Shown here: positions 9,691 through 19,003 of the stretch, in pieces
How positions within the stretch are numbered: position 1 is the stretch's first letter
Layout of the letters: each line of letters begins with the position of its first letter
Origin: Bacillota bacterium
GTDB taxonomy: Bacteria > Bacillota > Clostridia > Tissierellales > Sedimentibacteraceae
Assembly (NCBI GenBank): GCA_029239575.1
Contig: JARBUP010000001.1
Span: 1 to 49,684 of the forward strand
Length of the DNA: 49,684 bases
Direction: 5' to 3'
Program-made: the position numbers and the translations under genes
Notes under the pieces: generated by a model
Told to the model about the DNA's origin: nothing
Seen by the model: only the letters and a program-made list of their open reading frames with translations
Database searches by the model: none

Positions 9691-9719
9691 ATCTTATTAT
9701 ATTTTATATAATAAGTCAA
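9691..9719 (-). promoter_or_regulatory. SigA-type promoter of the pyr operon
   Basis: TTGACT-17 nt-TAAGAT just upstream of the attenuator. Confidence 0.6.
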
Positions 9720-9850
9720 TATGTTTTTTGAATAAAATTAGATAATAGTTTTAATATTCATTGATATAACAAAATTAATATTATATAATGATATTATTTG
9801 CATTAACATTATTAACTTTTTTAGATATATAATAATAGGATGGTGTTTTT

Positions 9851-11218
9851 ATGAATAATTATCTACAGAAAAACATGGTTTTTTATAAAACTATGTTAAT
9901 TATAGCTCTTCCAGTTGTAATACAGCACCTCATAAGTATAGGACTCAATATGGCAGATACTGTAATGGTAAGTGGTCTTGGAGAAAATGCTATATCAGCA
10001 GTAGGATTAGCTAATAGGTTTTATTTTGTATTTTCAGTTATATGTTTTGGCATTTACAGCGGTTCTTCAATTTTTATTGCTCAATATTGGGGAGCAGGAG
10101 ATACAAAAAATATAAAAAAAGTTTTCGGTATTAATTTAGTTATAGGTTCCTTATTATCTGCTTTATTTTCTTTTTTCATTTTTTTATTTCCAGACAAAAT
10201 ATTAAGAATTTTTATTAATGACTCAGAAGTAATAAGTTTAGGTGTTGATTATTTAAAGATAGCTGCATTTTCTTATTTTTTCACATCAATTTCATTTGCA
10301 TTTAGCTTTAGTTCAAGAGCAATACATAAACTTAAATATCCAACTATTGTAAATGCTGTAGCTCTATTAATTAATACCATTTTAAACTATGTATTGATTA
10401 ATGGTTATTATGGTTTTCCTAAACTTGGCGTTCAAGGAGCTGCAATAGCTACAGTAATATCAAGGATATTTGAATTTTTTGCAATGATTTATATCATATA
10501 TAAAGATAAAAATCACCCATTGGCAGGGTCTTTTAAAGATTTTACTTCATGGGACATTCCTTTATTAAAGGATGTAGTAAAAACATCATCACCTGTTATA
10601 TTAGCAGAAATAGCATGGTCAGTAGGTACTTCCGTTTATTTTATAGCATATGGATTTTTGGGTTCTTATGCAATTGCAGTAGTTCAAATTTCAACTACTA
10701 TATCGGACTTTTTCCAAGCTTTATTTTTTGGTTTAGGAAGTTCATGTGCAGTAATGATAGGTAATGAAATAGGAAAAAATAAAATTGATAATGCCTTTGA
10801 TTATAGCAAAAAATTTATTAAAATTACCTTAACTATGAGTATAATATTATCCGCTTTATTGTTTTTATTTAAAGGCAATATAATTCAATTCTTTAATTTA
10901 GAAAAAGATACTATATATTATCTTGATAAAGCTTTAATTGTATTTTCTATATATTTTACTCCTAAAATGTTTTCTTATATGTTTATTATTGGGATACTTA
11001 GAGCTGGCGGAGATACAAAATTTTGCATGGTAATTGATATAGTAAGCATATGGTTTATAGGTATTCCACTATCATTCATAACTGTTTTATATTTTCATCT
11101 ACCTATTCATTTAGTAATGGCAGTTGTTTTCTCTGAAGAAGTTTTAAAGTTATTTATTTTAGTAAATAGATATAAAAGTAAAAAATGGATTAACAATCTT
11201 GTTATTAAATATGATTAA
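9851..11218 (+). CDS. MATE family efflux transporter
   Basis: N-terminal ADTVMV-GLG---SAVG, LGVQGAAIAT, GILRAGGDTK; about 12 hydrophobic segments. Confidence 0.92.
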   Translation: MNNYLQKNMVFYKTMLIIALPVVIQHLISIGLNMADTVMVSGLGENAISAVGLANRFYFVFSVICFGIYSGSSIFIAQYWGAGDTKNIKKVFGINLVIGSLLSALFSFFIFLFPDKILRIFINDSEVISLGVDYLKIAAFSYFFTSISFAFSFSSRAIHKLKYPTIVNAVALLINTILNYVLINGYYGFPKLGVQGAAIATVISRIFEFFAMIYIIYKDKNHPLAGSFKDFTSWDIPLLKDVVKTSSPVILAEIAWSVGTSVYFIAYGFLGSYAIAVVQISTTISDFFQALFFGLGSSCAVMIGNEIGKNKIDNAFDYSKKFIKITLTMSIILSALLFLFKGNIIQFFNLEKDTIYYLDKALIVFSIYFTPKMFSYMFIIGILRAGGDTKFCMVIDIVSIWFIGIPLSFITVLYFHLPIHLVMAVVFSEEVLKLFILVNRYKSKKWINNLVIKYD

Positions 11219-11249
11219 GGAATTTAATTAACAGTCGTAATAAAATATT

Positions 11250-11286
11250 AAAGGAACATATAATTTTGATTTATATGTTCCTTTTT
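11250..11286. terminator. Bidirectional terminator
   Basis: AAAGGAACATATAA/TTATATGTTCCTTT stem between convergent genes. Confidence 0.85.
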
Positions 11287-11307
11287 ATGTATAACTAAAT
11301 TTAAATA

Positions 11308-11529
11308 TTATTCATGGGATTTGTTATTATCATCTGAAACATCTGTAGTACTCACTATTTTAGTTATTCTTCTTTCAACTTCACTTCTTGGGAGCCAAAC
11401 CTGTCTTTGACAAGTAGTACATTTTATTCTAAAATCAGCACCTATTCTTAATATCTCCCAATCATATCCGCCACAAGGATGTTTTTTCTTCAGTTTAACA
11501 ACATCGCCTACATTTAACTTCATTGGCAT
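11308..11529 (-). CDS. DUF951 (YyzM-like) protein
   Basis: GDVV-LKK-HPCG---WEI-R-GADFRIKC--C signature. Confidence 0.9.
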   Translation of the reverse strand: MPMKLNVGDVVKLKKKHPCGGYDWEILRIGADFRIKCTTCQRQVWLPRSEVERRITKIVSTTDVSDDNNKSHE

Positions 11530-11545
11530 GTTATGCCTCCTTTTA

Positions 11546-12157
11546 TTAAATCATTACAGTATTATCTGAATTAGTAATAGTTTCAACTATATCATACATA
11601 TTTGTTATTTGTCCAACTTGAAGTTTCGTTTTAATTTCAAAGAAATCTAAACATGTTCCACATGAAACAATTTTAACTCCACACTCTAATAGCTTTTGTA
11701 AATCATCTATAGAATCAGATCCTTCAGTTGTTAATTTTACTCCAGAATTTAAAAATATTAAAAAACTTGGATATGGTTTTGTTTCTGTTATAGTATAGAT
11801 GAAAGCTTTCATAAGACTTTTGCCTAATTGTTCTGAACCATTTCCCAATATATTTGTTCCTATAACATAACCTTTTGACTGATTTTTATCTATATTTTTA
11901 ATTATTTTTTCGCTTTCAACACATGTTGTACTTTCATTATTATTAAGTTTAGTCATTTGTATATATGTGCCATCTTCTTTATTTTCCACTTCACATTTAT
12001 AGTTTAACTTTGTGCCAAACTTTAACACATTCTGTTTTGAAGTTTCATTATCTACTATTATAGTTATTTCTAACTCACCTGCATCAACTTCATTTTTAGT
12101 TAGTATAACTGGTTGTGGACATGTTTTACCTCTTGCATCTACTATTTTCATTTTCAC
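11546..12157 (-). CDS. yedF: SirA/TusA-like sulfurtransferase, selenium metabolism protein YedF
   Basis: DARG--CPQPVI TusA motif plus DsrE-like domain FLNSGV...CGTCL. Confidence 0.85.
   Translation of the reverse strand: MKMKIVDARGKTCPQPVILTKNEVDAGELEITIIVDNETSKQNVLKFGTKLNYKCEVENKEDGTYIQMTKLNNNESTTCVESEKIIKNIDKNQSKGYVIGTNILGNGSEQLGKSLMKAFIYTITETKPYPSFLIFLNSGVKLTTEGSDSIDDLQKLLECGVKIVSCGTCLDFFEIKTKLQVGQITNMYDIVETITNSDNTVMI
11654..11669. promoter_or_regulatory. parS site (ParB binding), inside yedF
   Basis: TGTTCCACATGAAACA, 1 mismatch to TGTTNCACGTGAAACA. Confidence 0.65.
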
Positions 12158-12168
12158 TTTTCCTCCAA

Positions 12169-12891
12169 TTAGTTTATATAATTATTTATATTGCTATGGT
12201 TGCCATAAAAGTTTTTATATGATAAATAATTTAATATAATATTATTTTCATAGAAAATTTTACTGGATTCAGATTCAATTACCTCATTTACTATTTTGTT
12301 ATTTTGAGTAAAACCTATGACTGGTGAACAAAGTGCGAATATTATGTATAAAACTATTAAAGATTTTACTGCCCCTCCTAATGCTCCAAACATTCTATTT
12401 GCAATATTTAAACCTGGAAGTTTAAATAAAGTATTTATTACATTTGATAATACTATGAGTATTACATAGAATATTAAAAAAGTTATTATAAAACTTAATG
12501 ATCTAATTAACATCATTGTAATGCTGTCTATAAACAGTTTATAAGCATCTACATTTGCTGAAGTACTATAATTGAAGATATTACTTAAAATTGTTTGTAG
12601 CTCAATAGGTAAATGTAAAGCTTCTCTAAATGACATTACTATATCATTTGAGTTCCCTTTTAATATTTCCTTAAACCCTTCTGAGTGTGTTGCAATAAAA
12701 TCATATGTTTTAACATAAAGCTTTGTATTATTGAGTAAAAAATTTTCAGCATAAAAGTAAAACATCTTACTTAAGAAAAATGCTGCAATTATCCCAATTG
12801 TATCAAACAATGTTTTTATGAATCCCCTTCTAAAGCCCTGAAACATTTGGAAACCAACAAATATGATGATTGCGATATCTACTAAATTCAT
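12169..12891 (-). CDS. CvpA (colicin V production) family membrane protein
   Basis: MN-VD-----...GFRRGF N-terminus and NR-FG---G motif; start ATG 12891 after GGAGGAG. Confidence 0.8.
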   Translation of the reverse strand: MNLVDIAIIIFVGFQMFQGFRRGFIKTLFDTIGIIAAFFLSKMFYFYAENFLLNNTKLYVKTYDFIATHSEGFKEILKGNSNDIVMSFREALHLPIELQTILSNIFNYSTSANVDAYKLFIDSITMMLIRSLSFIITFLIFYVILIVLSNVINTLFKLPGLNIANRMFGALGGAVKSLIVLYIIFALCSPVIGFTQNNKIVNEVIESESSKIFYENNIILNYLSYKNFYGNHSNINNYIN

Positions 12892-12915
12892 AACTCCTCC
12901 TTTTAACATATGTAA

Positions 12916-13986
12916 TTATTTAATTTTCCCTTTAATAAATTTATTATTAAATACAATATATATATTTTGACTTTCCACATAAAAATCTTCTATTTTTAAA
13001 CTACCACTATTAAAGAGTTTATGTAAGCTATTGTTTTTGAGCATATAAATTGTATTATCATCATATAAAAATATGTTTTTGTTCAAAACTTTTAAATATC
13101 TTACATTTTCAGAAGTTTTATATATTTCATTAACTTTGCCATCTAAATCATAAGAAATTAATTCCGTCCCATCATTTTGTAGTATATAGATTTTTTCTGT
13201 TTCCTTATTTAATTTATAATCATTTATTTTATTGTAGTTTTTAATTTTCCAAACTAATTTTCCATTTAAATTATAATAATAAATATTTTCCGTACCTATA
13301 GCTAATATATTATTTTTTATTATTTCAGTACCAATTATTACTTCGTTTTCAATTACAACATTCCATAACTCTATGTCATCTAATAAATTAAAATAAATGG
13401 TATTATTAATAGTACCATCCCCTGCATTTAAAGTTGATAAGCAATAAGCTTCTGATTTATCGCTCATAGCTACAGATGTTATTTTATCGATATAATGTTT
13501 ATTCTTAACAACTAACTCCATATTTTCATCTAAAATATATAATGCATCTAAAGTATTTTGTCCATTTTTTTGCTTTGTTATTATGTATGTTTTATTATTT
13601 TCACGTGAAACATTTAAGATTTCTCCAATAACTTCAACAAGTATGAAGCTTTTATTATTTAAATCTATTATTTCTATACTATCTTTTAAACCTCTAAATA
13701 AATACTTATCTGTTAAAAACAACTTATCAGAAAAAACACTGTTATTTCTTTCATAAATTATTTCGCCATTAAAATTGATGAAAATAATTTTTTTTTCATT
13801 ATTTGTTATTATATATTGGTTAAAAAGGTTTGTAAATAAAAGTGAATCTATTTCTATTGTTTCTTGATTTATAATTTCATATACCTTATTTTCATCTTTG
13901 CCAAGTATATAATCTTTGTAAACGGTAATATAAAATAACAGCACAATAGAAATAATTGATATTAAAATATATAATAACTTTTTCAT
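12916..13986 (-). CDS. Membrane-anchored beta-propeller-like protein (DUF5711-like)
   Basis: N-terminal hydrophobic helix, repeated Y--NG-L-W blade motifs; start ATG 13986 after AAGGTG. Confidence 0.5.
   Translation of the reverse strand: MKKLLYILISIISIVLLFYITVYKDYILGKDENKVYEIINQETIEIDSLLFTNLFNQYIITNNEKKIIFINFNGEIIYERNNSVFSDKLFLTDKYLFRGLKDSIEIIDLNNKSFILVEVIGEILNVSRENNKTYIITKQKNGQNTLDALYILDENMELVVKNKHYIDKITSVAMSDKSEAYCLSTLNAGDGTINNTIYFNLLDDIELWNVVIENEVIIGTEIIKNNILAIGTENIYYYNLNGKLVWKIKNYNKINDYKLNKETEKIYILQNDGTELISYDLDGKVNEIYKTSENVRYLKVLNKNIFLYDDNTIYMLKNNSLHKLFNSGSLKIEDFYVESQNIYIVFNNKFIKGKIK
13597..13612. promoter_or_regulatory. parS-like site
   Basis: ATTTTCACGTGAAACA, 2 terminal mismatches to consensus. 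Confidence 0.55.
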
Positions 13987-14143
13987 ATTACACCTTATGG
14001 TATTAGACATTAAGTATATGATGATTATAGATAGATAGGTTTGTTTTACATTCTCCATCCATCTATAATCAAATTATATCATAGTTTTAAAATTTTGCAT
14101 TAAAAATTTGAGGTTATTTATTTTTATACATATATTTAATATT

Positions 14144-15283
14144 TTACATATTAGAAATTTCATTTAATGCTTTAGCAGCTATAATTACTTCTGTCTTTTT
14201 ATTAAACGGCCCTACGCTAAAACGCACAGCTCCTATTTTTTCTGTTCCTATTGTTTTATGTGCTAAAGGAGCACAGTGTAAACCAGACCTTATAGCAATA
14301 TTATATTTACTATCCAAAATATATGCAACTTCAGATGAATCCATATCAAAAATATTGATTGGAACAACTCCACATCTGTTTTCTAAAGATTCGGGGCCAT
14401 AAATTGAGATTTTTTTATTATTTCTTATCTCTTTGATGAATGTATCAATAAGTTCTTTTTCGTGGCTATAAATCGATTTTGTGCCCTCGTTTAGAATGTA
14501 CTTTATCCCTGCATTTAATCCTGCAATGCCTGGTAAGTTATGAGTACCTGCTTCAAACTTATCAGGATAAAAATTTGGTTGATATAAACTGCTGGACTCA
14601 CTACCCGTACCACCTTGTTTTATAGTATCAATTACTATATCCGAATTAATTAAAAGTGCACCTGTTCCTTGAGGACCTAATAACCCTTTGTGTCCTGGAA
14701 CAGATAAAATACCTATATTATTTTTTTGGACATCTATATCCAACACTCCTGCACTTTGCGCTGCATCTAATAAATATGTTATATTATGTTTCTTACAAAT
14801 AGCTCCAATTTTTTCAATTGGAAATATTGTTCCTGTTAAATTTGAAGCATGAGTTGTTACAATTAATTTTGTATTATTTTTTATAGCATTTTCAATATCT
14901 ACAACATCAATTGAACCATCAACTTTACATAAAACAATTGTATTTTCAACACCATATTTTTCAAGCTCTTTTATTGGCCTTAAAACTGAGTTATGCTCCA
15001 TTGTAGTTGTTATAACATGGTCACCAGGTTTTAAAATACCTTTAATAGCTATGTTTAAAGAATCTGTAGCATTTGAAGTGAATATTACATTCATAGGATC
15101 TTCTAAATTAAAGAGTTCTGCTAAAAGTTCCCTTGTTTCATAAATTATTTTTGCACCCTTCATAGCCATAGCATGGCTACCCCTACCAGGATTAGCACCA
15201 TATTCTTTCATAGCTTTCATAACATTATCATAAACAGATTTTGGTTTTGGAAATGTCGTAGCTGCATTATCTAAATAAATCAT
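14144..15283 (-). CDS. Cysteine desulfurase/selenocysteine lyase family (class V PLP enzyme)
   Basis: IYLDNAATT, EHNSV, DAAQ, PGHKGLLGP, RSGLHCAP. Confidence 0.92.
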   Translation of the reverse strand: MIYLDNAATTFPKPKSVYDNVMKAMKEYGANPGRGSHAMAMKGAKIIYETRELLAELFNLEDPMNVIFTSNATDSLNIAIKGILKPGDHVITTTMEHNSVLRPIKELEKYGVENTIVLCKVDGSIDVVDIENAIKNNTKLIVTTHASNLTGTIFPIEKIGAICKKHNITYLLDAAQSAGVLDIDVQKNNIGILSVPGHKGLLGPQGTGALLINSDIVIDTIKQGGTGSESSSLYQPNFYPDKFEAGTHNLPGIAGLNAGIKYILNEGTKSIYSHEKELIDTFIKEIRNNKKISIYGPESLENRCGVVPINIFDMDSSEVAYILDSKYNIAIRSGLHCAPLAHKTIGTEKIGAVRFSVGPFNKKTEVIIAAKALNEISNM

Positions 15284-15465
15284 TATATCACCTGCTTTTC
15301 TTTTTTTTTCTTAATTTCTATATTATATGAACCCAAAGCATTTTAGATATCTTTTATTTGTCAATTGTTAAATCTAAATAACAACTAAACTGTAAAACAA
15401 AACTCTCAGTTTATTATTTTTTAAAACTAATTTGTTTGAACCTCTTTAAAAATGATAAATACATA

Positions 15466-15635
15466 GATTAAATTATAATATTTTTACTGACGTTAGACGT
15501 TATTTTGTTGAATTGTACGAAACTTGCAAAACAGTTTTGGCACATTTAGCTAAGCGGATGTGTGCCATTGTTTTTCTTCTTGAAGTAACAATTTACCAAA
15601 ATGTTGTCAGGAAGGAAAAATATTATAATTTAATC
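15466..15635. repeat. 170-bp long imperfect inverted repeat (MITE-like element or structured RNA)
   Basis: Perfect 20-bp terminal IR GATTAAATTATAATATTTTT (15466-85/15616-35) with nested internal stems. Confidence 0.8.
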
Positions 15636-15710
15636 ACTACAACGTATGTTAAAAGCAATAAACCAGGAACTTAACTATTTAATTTTTCACTATATAAACT
15701 AACATAAACC

Positions 15711-16982
15711 TTAATATTTATCGCTATAAACAATTTTCCCATTACAAATAGTATATTTAACTTTACCTGTAAGTTCCTGCCCAACAAAAGGAGAATTACT
15801 TGATTTAGAAGCAAAATCTTTAACTACCCATTTTTCATTTTCATTAAATATAACTATATCTGCCTTATTTCCAATCTCTATAGTTCCTAAAGAAAGGTTA
15901 TATAAATTTGCAGGTTTTATAGTCATTTTTTCTATTAATTTACTTAAACTTAAATGATTTTTGTGAACTAAATTCATTATTCCAAGTGATAACGATGTTT
16001 CAAGACCTATTATTCCACTTGGAGCACCTGAAAAAGGCTTATCCTTTTCTTCCTTACTATGTGGAGCATGATCAGTTGCAATAATTTCTATTGTATCATC
16101 CTTTAATCCTTCAATTAATTTTAACCTATTTTCCTCTGTTCTTAGAGGTGGGTTCATCTTAGCATTTGTTCCATGCTGTAGAACATCATCTTCCGTCATA
16201 GAAAAGTGATGCGGAGCTATTTCTGCAGTAATATTTGCACCCATTTTTTTTGCAAAACGAATCATATCAACTGAATTACATGAACTTATATGTTGAATAT
16301 TAACTTTAGCTTTTGTTTGTATTGCAATCATACAATCCCTTGCAACCATAACATCTTCAGCTAAATGCGATGCACCTTCTAACTTTAATTGTTCCGATAC
16401 CTTACCCTTATTTATTCCAGCACCATAAACTAAACTTGGATCTTCTTCATGAAAACTTAAAGGAACATTTAATTCCTTAGCTTTTTCCATTGCTTTTAAT
16501 AGCACATCCGTATCCATTATAGGTAATCCATCGTCGGTAAAACCTACAGCACCTAAATTTTTTAAATAATCCATATCTACTAACTCTTTACCCATTAATT
16601 GTTTCGTTATACATGCTGCTTGTAAAACATTAATTTTGGCTTTTTTACATTCTTCTTGAATATATAAAAGAGTTTCTTCATTATCAACAACTGGTTTAGT
16701 ATTTGCCATACATACTACCGTAGTAAATCCACCTTTAGCTGCAGAATTTGAACCACTTGTAATATCTTCCTTATATGTTAATCCAGGGTCTCTAAAATGG
16801 ACATGCACATCCACTAATCCAGGTGCAACTATTAACCCCTTAGCATCTATTATTTCAACTTCTTCCGTTATTTCAATATTTTTATCAATACATATTACAA
16901 TATCATCTTTAATTAGTACATCTAATTTTTCATCAATCCCATGAAAAGGATCTATTACTCTTCCATTTTTTATTAATATCAT
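15711..16982 (-). CDS. pyrC: Dihydroorotase
   Basis: DVHVHFRDPG, GGFTTV-CM-NT-P, KMNPPLR, ATDHAPH. Confidence 0.95.
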   Translation of the reverse strand: MILIKNGRVIDPFHGIDEKLDVLIKDDIVICIDKNIEITEEVEIIDAKGLIVAPGLVDVHVHFRDPGLTYKEDITSGSNSAAKGGFTTVVCMANTKPVVDNEETLLYIQEECKKAKINVLQAACITKQLMGKELVDMDYLKNLGAVGFTDDGLPIMDTDVLLKAMEKAKELNVPLSFHEEDPSLVYGAGINKGKVSEQLKLEGASHLAEDVMVARDCMIAIQTKAKVNIQHISSCNSVDMIRFAKKMGANITAEIAPHHFSMTEDDVLQHGTNAKMNPPLRTEENRLKLIEGLKDDTIEIIATDHAPHSKEEKDKPFSGAPSGIIGLETSLSLGIMNLVHKNHLSLSKLIEKMTIKPANLYNLSLGTIEIGNKADIVIFNENEKWVVKDFASKSSNSPFVGQELTGKVKYTICNGKIVYSDKY

Positions 16983-17137
16983 ATATCACCTTTATTTATT
17001 TAATTTATTAACCAATTATATCATAGAGCAAGACGTAAGTCTTGCATCACAACGATTCAATAAAAATACTGAAAACAAAGACGAAAGTCTTTTTATTAGT
17101 ATTTTTATTATATCATAATAGATCCATGTTACAATAT

Positions 17138-17165
17138 AAAAAATACCGGAATTAAAATCCGGTAT
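17138..17165 (-). terminator. Terminator of hydrogenase operon
   Basis: ATACCGGA/TCCGGTAT stem with U-tract on - strand. Confidence 0.8.
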
Positions 17166-17175
17166 ATTTTTATAT

Positions 17176-18987
17176 TTATTTTAAATTATTAATCATATCA
17201 TCATAATCTTGTTGATTTTCAACAGGGTATGAACTTTTTTCATGATAATGCGTATGAAGAAGTTTATGTGATAAATGTCCATTAGGCTCTTTTAAATAAT
17301 CTTCATAAAGTTTTTTAACTTCTGGGTTATGATGTGATTTACGAAGAGTTTGAGCTTCATCTTCTGAGTATAATGCTTTTGCTCTGCTTATTTTAGGATC
17401 TACATCAAGTCTTTCCTTAGCTGATACGTGTGACTGGCCTCCGCCGTGTACGCATCCTCCTGGACATCCCATCACTTCGATAAAATGGTAATTCTTCTCG
17501 CCACTTCTTACAGCATCAAGAATTTTTGAAGCATTTATCATACCATGTGCTACAGCAATTTTAACTTCAGTATCTTTTCCTTCTATAGGAAGTACAAGTG
17601 TTGCTTCTTTAACGCCGTCAAGTCCTCTTACTGCATCATATTCAATTTTTTGAATATCTGTTCCAGTAAGAACATCAGCTACCGTACGAAGAGCAGCTTC
17701 CATAACTCCGCCTGTAGTACCAAATATAACACCTGCGCCAGTATAATCGCCTAATATAGAATCAGGTTCTCCGTCTGGAAGTTTATTGAAGTTTATTCTT
17801 GCTTGTTTTATCATGTCTCCAAGTTCTCTTGTAGTCAATGATATATCAACATCACGAAGAGAGTCAACTTCCATTTCTTCTCTGCTCAATTCTGATTTTT
17901 TAGAAGTACATGGCATAATTGATACAGATACTATATTCTTAGGGTCAATGCCTTGTTTTTCAGCATAATATGATTTAACTATTGCACCAAACATCTGCTG
18001 AGGAGATTTGCATGTTGAAAGATTTTCTAAGAAATCAGGATAGTTAAATTCGCAATATCTTATCCAACCAGGAGAACATGATGTAATCATAGGAAGTTTA
18101 CCACCGTTCAATACACGGTTTATAAATTCAGTTCCTTCTTCCATGATAGTCAAATCTGCTGAGAAATTCGTGTCAAATACTTTATCAAATCCAAGTCTTT
18201 TAAGTGCGCTTACCATTTTGCCTGTAACTGCTGTACCAACTGGAAGACCGAACTCTTCTCCCAATGATGCTCTAACTGCAGGTGCAGTCTGAACAACAAC
18301 AAATTTTTCAGGATCTTCAATAGCAGCCCAAACATCATCTATATTTCTTTTTTCATATAATGCCCCAACAGGACATGCTTGAATACATTGACCACAATAA
18401 ATACATGGAACATCTTTCATACTGTAATCAAATGCAGGAGCTACTTCTGTATTGAACCCTCTATTTGTAAAATCTAATATACCGATACCTTGAACATCTC
18501 TACATGCGCTAACACATCTTCCACAAAGTATACATTTACTTGAATCTCTTACTATAGAAGGAGCCAAATTATCTATTTTTGATTCTCTTTTAGCACCTTG
18601 GAATTCTATTCCTTCTATACCAAGTTCATTACAAAGTTTTTGAAGTTCACATGAAGTATTTCTAACACATGTTAAACATTCTCTATTATGATTTGCTAAA
18701 ATTAATTCAACATTCATTTTTACTGCATTTCTTACTCTTTGAGTGTTTGTTTTAACATTCATTCCATCTTGCACTTGTAAAACACAAGATGCAGGCAAAT
18801 TTCTCATTGGAACGCCTTTTACGTCTGCTTCAACAACACAAACTCTACAAGCAGCTATTTCATTTATTTCTTTTAAAAAGCATAGTGTAGGTATATCCAC
18901 TCCAGCTTCCCTTGCTGCCATTAATACTGTATAATCCTTTGGTACATTAACTTCTATGCCATTAATAGTTACTTTTACATTATCCAA
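17176..18987 (-). CDS. hydA: [FeFe]-hydrogenase catalytic subunit (group A, HydA/HndD-like)
   Basis: N-terminal 2Fe-2S, HxxxCxxC, 2x4Fe-4S; H-cluster motifs TSCSPGW, MPCTSKKSE, EVMGCPGGC--GGGQ. Start probably TTG 18987 after AGGTG. Confidence 0.95.
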   Translation of the reverse strand: MDNVKVTINGIEVNVPKDYTVLMAAREAGVDIPTLCFLKEINEIAACRVCVVEADVKGVPMRNLPASCVLQVQDGMNVKTNTQRVRNAVKMNVELILANHNRECLTCVRNTSCELQKLCNELGIEGIEFQGAKRESKIDNLAPSIVRDSSKCILCGRCVSACRDVQGIGILDFTNRGFNTEVAPAFDYSMKDVPCIYCGQCIQACPVGALYEKRNIDDVWAAIEDPEKFVVVQTAPAVRASLGEEFGLPVGTAVTGKMVSALKRLGFDKVFDTNFSADLTIMEEGTEFINRVLNGGKLPMITSCSPGWIRYCEFNYPDFLENLSTCKSPQQMFGAIVKSYYAEKQGIDPKNIVSVSIMPCTSKKSELSREEMEVDSLRDVDISLTTRELGDMIKQARINFNKLPDGEPDSILGDYTGAGVIFGTTGGVMEAALRTVADVLTGTDIQKIEYDAVRGLDGVKEATLVLPIEGKDTEVKIAVAHGMINASKILDAVRSGEKNYHFIEVMGCPGGCVHGGGQSHVSAKERLDVDPKISRAKALYSEDEAQTLRKSHHNPEVKKLYEDYLKEPNGHLSHKLLHTHYHEKSSYPVENQQDYDDMINNLK

Positions 18988-19003
18988 AATTAACACCTAC
19001 CCT

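Noticed and set aside
9466-9711. 81-aa + strand ORF
   Set aside because: Antisense to the pyr leader, no RBS, no recognisable motif.
11546-15283. Selenoprotein (UGA read-through) near yedF/desulfurase
   Set aside because: The ORFs are complete with no internal TGA; no selD/selAB in the window.
15466-15635. Firm 6S RNA annotation
   Set aside because: Shape is compatible, but I cannot see diagnostic sequence or a clear promoter/terminator; kept only as a hypothesis.
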